DNA from: Gemmatimonadales bacterium
GTDB taxonomy: Bacteria; Gemmatimonadota; Gemmatimonadetes; Gemmatimonadales; Gemmatimonadaceae
Reading direction: 5' to 3'
NCBI GenBank assembly: GCA_038212625.1
Contig: JBBQUH010000005.1
Location: 31,483-95,482, forward strand
Length of the DNA stretch: 64,000 bases
Positions 57,386 through 64,000 of this stretch are shown piece after piece (positions within the stretch are counted from its first letter, which is position 1; every line of letters begins with the position of its first letter). Made by a program: the position numbers and the translations under genes. Under the pieces are notes generated by a model, which saw only the letters and a program-made list of their open reading frames with translations, was not told where the DNA came from and ran no database searches.

Positions 57386-57413
57386 GTATCGGCGCCTGGG
57401 CGCCGGAGCTTCA
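57386..57413 (-). promoter_or_regulatory. Putative sigma28 (FliA) promoter upstream of cheW
   Basis: Minus strand TGAAG-N15-GCCGATAC. Confidence 0.65.
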
Positions 57414-57458
57414 GTGCAACGTTGGTTCGGCACACGCGCTACTGCGGATCTGGCCGCC

Positions 57459-59714
57459 TCACGCCGCAATTTCTCGTCGCTCGCTGCGCACCGGCACGGT
57501 GTCGAGCGACTGCACGAGTTCGACGGTCTCCGTCACGTCCAGAATGAGGCCTACGCGACCGTCGCCGAGAATGGCACCTCCGCTGACGCCTGGCACTTTG
57601 CCGAGGCCATCGCCCAGCGTCTTGGCCACCACTTGCTGCTGGCCAAGGAGCTCATCCACGAGCAGCGCGGTCCGTTTGTGGCCATCGCCAACGATCATCA
57701 GCAGGCCGTCGAGGGGGGACTGCACCGCATCCGGTACGTGGAACAGCCGATGCAGGCGGAGAATCGGCAGCAACTCGCCACGGAGCAGGACAATCTCACC
57801 CTTGCCGACCACCGTGGAGAGCATGGCCGGTTCCGGGCGGAAGCTCATGTGAATGTGCGTCAGCGGCACGATGAAGCGCTCCTCGCCGACCCGTACGAGC
57901 ATACCGTCGGTGACCGCCAGTGTCAGCGGAAGGCGGATGGCGAACGTGGTGCCCTTGCCGGGTGCCGACGTGATTTCGATGCGTCCACGGATCGACTCCA
58001 GGTTCCGCCGTACCACGTCCATGCCGACGCCGCGTCCTGAGATGTCCGTCAGCTTCTCGGCCGTGGAGAACCCGGGCGCGAAGATCAGGTTGAATACGTC
58101 AGAATCCGACATCCCCTTGTCCGTCTCAATCAGCCCTTTCTCAATCGCCTTCTGTACGATCTTTTCCCGGTGCAATCCTCGGCCATCGTCGATCAATTCC
58201 ACCACCACATTGCCTGATGCATGGTAGGCGCGCAGTCGCACAATGCCGGTGCGGGTCTTCCCGTTCGCTTCGCGCTCGTGTGGCGGCTCCACCCCGTGGT
58301 CGACGGCATTGCGCACCATGTGCACCAGCGGATCGCCCATGACGTCGACCATATTCCGATCGAGCTCGACGTCGTCTCCCTCGGTGACCAGTTGTACAAC
58401 TTTCCCGGCTTTCACGGCGGTGTCACGCACCACGCGGGCAAGTTTCTGGAACGTTGCCCGGAGCGGCACCATACGCATCGACATGCTCAGATCCTGCAAC
58501 TCGCGTACGATCTTTCCGGCGTGCGTCACTTTGCGCAGGAGTTCATGCTGCTTGCCAGTGCCGAATACGTCGTCGCCGGCGATCATGGACTGTGCGATGA
58601 CCAACTCGCCCACCATATCGATCAGGCGATCGAGACGATCGGTTCGAACGCGAATCGTTGCGTCGCTGGAGGCATCGCCGCGAGCCTTCGCGGCATTCGC
58701 GCTTCCGCTGGCGGCGGCCGATGGCGCGGGACTGGCGGCGGCGTTTTCCAGCGTGACCAGCGTCGGCAGCGGAAAGATCTCATCAGGTGAGACGTTTCCG
58801 GACGCTTCGGACGAGGCGGCACGCTGCGCCGTGTAGTCAACGCGGATCTCCACACCGTCTGCATCACGTGCCGGATCGTACGCGGCGAGGGCATCGAGCA
58901 GCTCATGGTAGCCCGCAGGCAGCGGGAGCTGGCCGTTGCCATACAGTGCCGTCTCCACGACCGCGAGCAGTTCCTTGAGCATGTCGGCGGAGCGGAGCGA
59001 CAAATCGGCACATCCCTGCGTGTACCGAATCTCTTTGTCGCGCACACGACTCAACAGCGATTCCGCTTCGTGGGCGAACGCGGCGACGCGGGGGAGCCCG
59101 AGGAACGCCGAGGTTCCCTTGACCGTGTGGAAGGCGCGAAAGACCGTATTGATCGCTTCTTCTTCGGTCGGGTTCTCTTCGAGCTGCAGGAGCGCCGCTT
59201 CCGAATTCACGATGCATTCGCGGCTCTCCGTGATGAAGTCGGGGAGCAGATCGCGGTCCGCATCGTCCGGCAGTTGCTCGATCCCCAGGTCGTGCTGCTC
59301 CGACGTCTTCAGGGCGGTGGCCACGGGCGGGAGCGCCACCTCGGGTGCCTTGCCGGCACCCTGGGGGGCAATGGCGGCCACGACGGTCGGCACGGCGACC
59401 GCGCTGACCGGAGTTATTGCGCGCATGCCGCTGGATGGTGTGCTGGCGTCAGTGGCGCGCATGGCGTCGCTGATCGCCTGGCCCACCTCGCCGATGGAAG
59501 CTGCTGCGTCCGGGGTGGACCCGTTGACGATCGTTCCCAGCACTCGTGCGGCGCGCGCGACGAAGGGCTGAGCACGGAGCGGCACGCGATTCTCGAAGGC
59601 CATATCGGTCAGCGCATCACGCAGCGTGGCCAGATCGGTGGTATCCGTCACCTCCAGCTGCATCAGCAGCGTGGCGGCATCATCAAGGGTCAGTGGGGAC
59701 ACGGGCTCTGCCAT
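57459..59714 (-). CDS. cheA: Chemotaxis histidine kinase
   Basis: Hpt FRAFHTVKG, RVRTDRLDRL..MVGELVI, HMVRNAVDHG, FAPGFSTA, GRGVGMDVV, PLTLA, CheW domain. Confidence 0.96.
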   Translation of the reverse strand: MAEPVSPLTLDDAATLLMQLEVTDTTDLATLRDALTDMAFENRVPLRAQPFVARAARVLGTIVNGSTPDAAASIGEVGQAISDAMRATDASTPSSGMRAITPVSAVAVPTVVAAIAPQGAGKAPEVALPPVATALKTSEQHDLGIEQLPDDADRDLLPDFITESRECIVNSEAALLQLEENPTEEEAINTVFRAFHTVKGTSAFLGLPRVAAFAHEAESLLSRVRDKEIRYTQGCADLSLRSADMLKELLAVVETALYGNGQLPLPAGYHELLDALAAYDPARDADGVEIRVDYTAQRAASSEASGNVSPDEIFPLPTLVTLENAAASPAPSAAASGSANAAKARGDASSDATIRVRTDRLDRLIDMVGELVIAQSMIAGDDVFGTGKQHELLRKVTHAGKIVRELQDLSMSMRMVPLRATFQKLARVVRDTAVKAGKVVQLVTEGDDVELDRNMVDVMGDPLVHMVRNAVDHGVEPPHEREANGKTRTGIVRLRAYHASGNVVVELIDDGRGLHREKIVQKAIEKGLIETDKGMSDSDVFNLIFAPGFSTAEKLTDISGRGVGMDVVRRNLESIRGRIEITSAPGKGTTFAIRLPLTLAVTDGMLVRVGEERFIVPLTHIHMSFRPEPAMLSTVVGKGEIVLLRGELLPILRLHRLFHVPDAVQSPLDGLLMIVGDGHKRTALLVDELLGQQQVVAKTLGDGLGKVPGVSGGAILGDGRVGLILDVTETVELVQSLDTVPVRSERREIAA

Positions 59715-59775
59715 CTAGAGGTCTTCACCAGAATTGCATTCTCGACGCTCGGGCGAACGTCGTAGCTTTTTGCGA

Positions 59776-59803
59776 GTATCGGTCGCTGGGCGCCATAGGT
59801 TGA
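59776..59803 (-). promoter_or_regulatory. Putative sigma28 (FliA) promoter upstream of cheA
   Basis: Minus strand TCAAC-N15-ACCGATAC. Confidence 0.6.
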
Positions 59804-59891
59804 GTCGGGCGCGCCATGGTGCGGTGTCACACGTCGAACGGCCCGTACCTGGAAGGCACGGGCCGTTCGTGAACCACCGCGTCCCGGGGGG

Positions 59892-60578
59892 TTACGCAGC
59901 GGAGACGCGAACCGCCGTAAAGATTTCGTCGGCGACCGCCTGACGTCCTTCGGCGTTTTTTGTCGTCGCATTCGGATCGAACGTTGCTTCATCCACCGTA
60001 TTCGCCGAATCTTTCAGAGTGTGCGTCGAGTTGACATTATGATCGAAGAGTTGCGCCACTTCGAGAAGCCGCTGTTCCATGTCCACGAGTACCGACGACG
60101 CATGCGCCAGCTGCTGTGACGTGATATCCTGAAACTGCAGGGCGCCCATCATCAGGAACAGCTCGTCGCGCAGGGAGCCGCGCAGTTCGCCGGCTTTTGT
60201 GCGATCGGGGACTTCCGCCTGATCGATCGTGTCGAGTTCATCCACCATCTGCGTGGCGCGATCGCAGGCGTCCATGATGTTGATCGCCGCGTCTTCGGTA
60301 GCGCTGTTCACCTGACGGATCTTCTCGTGCGTGGTCTGCAGCCGCTCCATCGCTGTGGTTTGCAGGGCCGCGCGACTGTCCCGCAAGCGGGCAAGCACGT
60401 TTTGAATCTGCGTGTTGGCCTGTTCAAGAATATTTGGCAAGTCGGCAAGGGAGATCATAGGGTGGGGAGGCGTGGCTCGCACGTCCCGCACATCATGCAA
60501 ACCATGCAACTCGTTGTCCACGAGGCGGAGGGCCGCCTCGGACTCGTACAATACTTCCTGCGCACGGGGACTGGTCAT
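59892..60578 (-). CDS. CheZ-like chemotaxis phosphatase
   Basis: ATEDAA.NIMD, ALQFQDITSQQL (D-x3-Q motif), C-terminal QAVADEIF; follows cheY. Confidence 0.75.
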   Translation of the reverse strand: MTSPRAQEVLYESEAALRLVDNELHGLHDVRDVRATPPHPMISLADLPNILEQANTQIQNVLARLRDSRAALQTTAMERLQTTHEKIRQVNSATEDAAINIMDACDRATQMVDELDTIDQAEVPDRTKAGELRGSLRDELFLMMGALQFQDITSQQLAHASSVLVDMEQRLLEVAQLFDHNVNSTHTLKDSANTVDEATFDPNATTKNAEGRQAVADEIFTAVRVSAA

Positions 60579-60589
60579 GGCATGAGTCC

Positions 60590-60961
60590 TCAGGCCGCCG
60601 CAGCCGGCAGGAGCGCATCAATCTTTTCCTTGAGCACCTGCGGCGTAAACGGCTTGACGATGTAGTTGTTCACGCCGGCCTCCATGGCCGTCAGGATGTC
60701 CTCCTTGACTGAGCGCGCTGTCACCATGAGTACCGGAACATGCGCCCCGTCGGGACGTGTCCGCAGCACCTTGGTGAACTCGGTGCCGCTCATGTTGGGC
60801 ATGTTCCAATCGGTGATCACAAACTTCACCGAACTGTCAAACTTCGCCAACGCTTCCTGGCCATCACCGGCTTCGACGGTGTCGGTGAAGCCGATCCGCT
60901 GCAGCGAATTGATCACGATGCGCCGCATGGTCGCGGAGTCGTCCACCACGAGGAACTTCAT
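60590..60961 (-). CDS. cheY: Chemotaxis response regulator
   Basis: KFLVVDDSATMRRI, ITDWNMPNMSG, MVT, YIVKPFTP. Confidence 0.93.
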   Translation of the reverse strand: MKFLVVDDSATMRRIVINSLQRIGFTDTVEAGDGQEALAKFDSSVKFVITDWNMPNMSGTEFTKVLRTRPDGAHVPVLMVTARSVKEDILTAMEAGVNNYIVKPFTPQVLKEKIDALLPAAAA

Positions 60962-61004
60962 ACCGCCGTCTCCTTGGGGATGCCGGTGTTAGGGGAGCCG
61001 AGGC

Positions 61005-61292
61005 TCAGAGATCGCCGCGCTGCAGAATGCGGCGCGCGACCTGATCCACGACATCGAGGGTGTTGTATGCTCCGGTGAGCACCTTGTTGCGGAGCTCCGC
61101 CACGCGCTCGGGGTCGACGGACGCCTTCTGCTCGGTGCTGAGCCGGCGGCCGGCGTCCGATATCTGGACGGAATCCGACTTGACCGGCTTTACGCTCGGG
61201 GACTGCGTGACCTCCTGAGCCGGACGCTGAACGGCAGGGGTGCTCGTCGGCGTTGGGCGCAGGGGTTCAAAAAAACTTCCGTTGATCTTCAT
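61005..61292 (-). CDS. flgM: Anti-sigma28 factor
   Basis: DSVQISDAGRRL, ERVAELRNKVLTGAY; strong SD GAGGAGG. Confidence 0.85.
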   Translation of the reverse strand: MKINGSFFEPLRPTPTSTPAVQRPAQEVTQSPSVKPVKSDSVQISDAGRRLSTEQKASVDPERVAELRNKVLTGAYNTLDVVDQVARRILQRGDL

Positions 61293-61318
61293 AAGGTTTC
61301 CTCCTCCTCATATTAGGA

Positions 61319-61346
61319 CTATCGGCACCTCGACCGCACAACTTGA
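61319..61346 (-). promoter_or_regulatory. Putative sigma28 (FliA) promoter upstream of flgM
   Basis: Minus strand TCAAG-N15-GCCGATAG, close to TAAA-N15-GCCGATAA. Confidence 0.75.
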
Positions 61347-61390
61347 GCCCTTGTAGGCGGCCGTCCTGCAGGTTTTCGGGGATAACCTGC

Positions 61391-61648
61391 TTAGCGCAAC
61401 AGGTTGAGGTGCTGATTCCCCGGTTCCACGGGCGGAACCGGGGGTGTGACATAGGCCTGATGCCCCGCGCGCGGCAACGGTCCGCCATCTACGGCAAGAA
61501 TCGTTTGCTGCGCCTGCAGACCCAGTCGAGCGACCCGATCGTCCTCAACAACCGGCTCACCAGCTTCCTCCGCGGCCTCCTGCTCCAGCTCCGCCATCTT
61601 GTCACGGAGCAGGGCATCGAAGGCCCCCGCCGTTGCATCGTACATCAC
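61391..61648 (-). CDS. Small acidic hypothetical protein in the flagellar operon
   Basis: 85-aa ORF starting 2 bp after the upstream gene stop; LLRDKMAELEQEAAEE. Confidence 0.55.
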   Translation of the reverse strand: MMYDATAGAFDALLRDKMAELEQEAAEEAGEPVVEDDRVARLGLQAQQTILAVDGGPLPRAGHQAYVTPPVPPVEPGNQHLNLLR

Positions 61649-61650
61649 GG

Positions 61651-62124
61651 TTAGCGGAACCGGTCCACGGAATGCGCGGTCGGCATTGATGCATAGCCCA
61701 ACCCCGCACTGCTGGCCCGCTGCACGGCGTCCAGTTCCGTGCGGAGCTCATCGGCGCGCCGCGCCACGCGGGCCGCTAATTCCATGGTGACCCGTTGGGA
61801 CGACGACAGGGCCGCGCAGACCGAGGCGATCAGTGCATCGGCGTCGTCCACGGCACGCTCGGTCGCCGCGAACAGCGCGCTGTCAGCCGTGGGGCGCTCG
61901 TGCTTCAGGTTTACCAGATGTTCGGCCAGATCCTGGAGCATCTCATCCCGCTGCTCGAGCAGGCTGAATAGGCGGTCGTCATCGGTGCCGACGGCGACCG
62001 TCGCCTCACGCGCGAGCGCGTCGGCGCTCGCGCAGATCGCGAGGGCGTCGCGGGCCGCGATTTCCCGGGCGTCGGGCGACCGGCGACCAAAACGTGGCAG
62101 GCGAAACGTGGAAAGTGCGCTCAT
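61651..62124 (-). CDS. Helical protein, FliT-like by position
   Basis: Follows fliD-fliS; LLEQRDEMLQDL segment resembles FliT helices. Confidence 0.45.
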   Translation of the reverse strand: MSALSTFRLPRFGRRSPDAREIAARDALAICASADALAREATVAVGTDDDRLFSLLEQRDEMLQDLAEHLVNLKHERPTADSALFAATERAVDDADALIASVCAALSSSQRVTMELAARVARRADELRTELDAVQRASSAGLGYASMPTAHSVDRFR

Positions 62125-62138
62125 GGAGGATTCCTGGC

Positions 62139-62537
62139 TTAAGCCGTCTTGCGACGGGCAGCACCGACCTGCTCAGCCGCGCCAACGAACCCATCCCGCA
62201 GCGAGGCGGCGATCTTGACCAGCTTACGCAGGGTGACGAGGTCGCCACGGGCGCCGATGTCCACCAGCTCCACGAGCATGAACTGGTAGAGATCGGCCAA
62301 TTGGTTCGCCAACGCGCCGCCCTTGTCGAAATCGAGGGTTCCTAAGAGCTCGTTGACCAAACCGCGCGCCCGTCGGAGCGATGTGACGCGAAGCTCGATG
62401 TCCTTTCGCTCCATCGCAATACGAGCCCGCTCGAGATTGACCACCAGCTGCTCAAAAACGATGACCACAAGTCGCTCGGGAGATGCCGAATGGATCTCCA
62501 TTTCACGGTACGACGAGGACTGACTGGCGTAAGACAT
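62139..62537 (-). CDS. fliS: Flagellar export chaperone
   Basis: Y...I.SASPERLVV, ELLGTLDFDKGG.LANQLADLYQFM. Confidence 0.93.
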   Translation of the reverse strand: MSYASQSSSYREMEIHSASPERLVVIVFEQLVVNLERARIAMERKDIELRVTSLRRARGLVNELLGTLDFDKGGALANQLADLYQFMLVELVDIGARGDLVTLRKLVKIAASLRDGFVGAAEQVGAARRKTA

Positions 62538-62597
62538 CGGGGGATTGGCTAAGGTCGGAACGAGGTGGGCTACCCTTCTTCCTGTGAGTATCGACCG

Positions 62598-64000
62598 CTA
62601 CCGCTGCGACTGAAGCCCAGTGACGCTGGCCAGCAATGTGCCACTTTGGGACTGCAGCCGGCTCAGGGCGTCTTCCATGCGCGTGAAGTCCGCGACGAGT
62701 CGCTCGCGCCTCTCCACGAGCTTGTTCCTGGCCGCCGTCTCGCGCAGCCGCAACGTGACCGTACTGTTGTCGATACTGGCCACCTGCGCACTGATCGTTC
62801 CCACCCCAAAACGCGTGGCGTTGTCGGTGGCCGTTACGAACGCCGTTCCCACGCCACCGAACCCGAAGAGTGCCTCGATTTCTGCCGGCTTCTCGTTCAG
62901 TGCCTTTTCGAACTTGGTGACGTCGAACGTCAGCTTACCGTTCCGGTCCAGCGCCAATCCCGTGACCGCGAGTGACGAGTAGCTCTCGTTGGCCTCCACC
63001 TTGGTTCGCAGCGCGGTGTTGAACGAGTCGATCACGCTGCGCAACGACGAATTGGCACTGAGTGGGCTGTCCGCCGCGCGCTGCAGATCAAAGAAGGTGC
63101 GGATTTCGTTGAACGTGTCCACCAACTTCTTCACGGCCGCCGTACTGCCCTTCACATCGCGATCGATGGACACATCGATACTCGACCCAGGCTCCGCGTT
63201 CGTCAGAGACAGCGTGACGCCGTTGATGGCATCCGTGATGGTGTTGGAGGGTCGGGTGACTTCGCGACCATCCACGCGGATCACGGCGTCGCGTCCCACT
63301 TGCAACTCGCGGCTACGTCCTGTCGTTGACACGCTGCTCGACCCGAGGGTACCCGTCGATCCATCGGCGCGGGTAATCGCCAGGGAAAAGGACAGGCGCG
63401 AGGCACCACCGGTGCCATCGGTGAGCCGGATGCGTCCGTCGGCTCCCAAACCAGCCGTTGCCGACCGCGCGCCACTGCCGAAGCCCGACGTCGCATCGTT
63501 CAGACGATCGAGGAGCGACTGCACGGTGTCACCCGGCTCGACGACCAATCCGATCATGACAGCCGTGCCATCGCCGCGGAGGCCGCGGATATTGATGGCG
63601 TCGCCCACGGCCAGCGCGGCCGACGTCCCATCCACCTGCAGCCCGGACAGCGACGTGCCCGCAGTCGCGGTGTTCCCGTCGACGTCGGTGTACACGGGGG
63701 ACTGCACCGTCTGCCGTACGCGGCCCGGTGATCCGGCGGCAAAACCCAGTGCGTCGATCACGTCCTGCGATCCCGCATCGTTTTCGTCGGCCGAAACGTT
63801 GCCACCCACCAGGAGCCGGTAGCGTATCTCGTCGCCATACGCCTCTTCCTCAACGGACGCCGAGCCACCGGCTGCGTTGATCTTCGCGGCGATCGAGGAA
63901 AGCGAGTCGGTGGCCAGGTCGGCCGTGATCAGCACGTCGCCAACGCGAATCGAGGCAGGAGATGGACTCACCGCCATGCCCATCGCCGCGGCAGCCGTTG
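62598..64000 (-). CDS. fliD: Flagellar filament cap protein, partial; N-terminus beyond the right edge
   Basis: DAVIRVDG..VTRPSNTITDAINGVTLSL, C-terminal L...FTRMEDALSRLQSQS; upstream of fliS. Confidence 0.92.
   Translation of the reverse strand, partial: TAAAAMGMAVSPSPASIRVGDVLITADLATDSLSSIAAKINAAGGSASVEEEAYGDEIRYRLLVGGNVSADENDAGSQDVIDALGFAAGSPGRVRQTVQSPVYTDVDGNTATAGTSLSGLQVDGTSAALAVGDAINIRGLRGDGTAVMIGLVVEPGDTVQSLLDRLNDATSGFGSGARSATAGLGADGRIRLTDGTGGASRLSFSLAITRADGSTGTLGSSSVSTTGRSRELQVGRDAVIRVDGREVTRPSNTITDAINGVTLSLTNAEPGSSIDVSIDRDVKGSTAAVKKLVDTFNEIRTFFDLQRAADSPLSANSSLRSVIDSFNTALRTKVEANESYSSLAVTGLALDRNGKLTFDVTKFEKALNEKPAEIEALFGFGGVGTAFVTATDNATRFGVGTISAQVASIDNSTVTLRLRETAARNKLVERRERLVADFTRMEDALSRLQSQSGTLLASVTGLQSQR

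Noticed and set aside
62588-62615. GTCGATAC as a sigma28 -10 upstream of fliS
   Set aside because: -35 at N15 reads CTTCA, a poor match; left uncalled

Overview
GC-rich bacterial chromosome segment, most consistent with Gemmatimonadota (inferred from gene content: SusC/SusD pair, Tat-signal TldD, flagellar and chemotaxis genes; not confirmed by a database search). Left to right: (1) an alpha-glucan/maltodextrin utilisation locus (ASPIC/VCBS-repeat lipoprotein, SusD, SusC; divergently a debranching-like glycosidase, MalQ, MFS transporter, GH13 amylase); (2) an orphan superinfection-immunity-like gene, a Tat-exported unknown protein and a TldD/TldE pair; (3) M20 peptidase, ANTAR regulator with hybrid kinase, NhaP, an unlisted 36-aa membrane protein plus sodium:solute symporter, PIG-L deacetylase, sucA, GAF kinase; (4) DUF2256, RskA-like anti-sigma, ECF sigma and fasciclin genes with twin identical ECF-type promoters; (5) TPP riboswitch with TonB receptor, divergent pnuC and NadR-like kinase; (6) RNA methyltransferase, GGDEF/EAL protein, msrPQ, sufE, CDGSH, plsC and others; (7) a chemotaxis cluster and late flagellar genes (flgM, fliS, partial fliD) with three sigma28-like promoters. 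The most unusual non-coding signal is two arrays of inverted heptamer repeats (TAAGAGC / GCTCTTA) that fill the gap between convergent genes and begin at their stop codons. No rRNA, tRNA, CRISPR array or transposase was seen. Several starts were trimmed by eye from the ORF track; family names come from motif recognition only.
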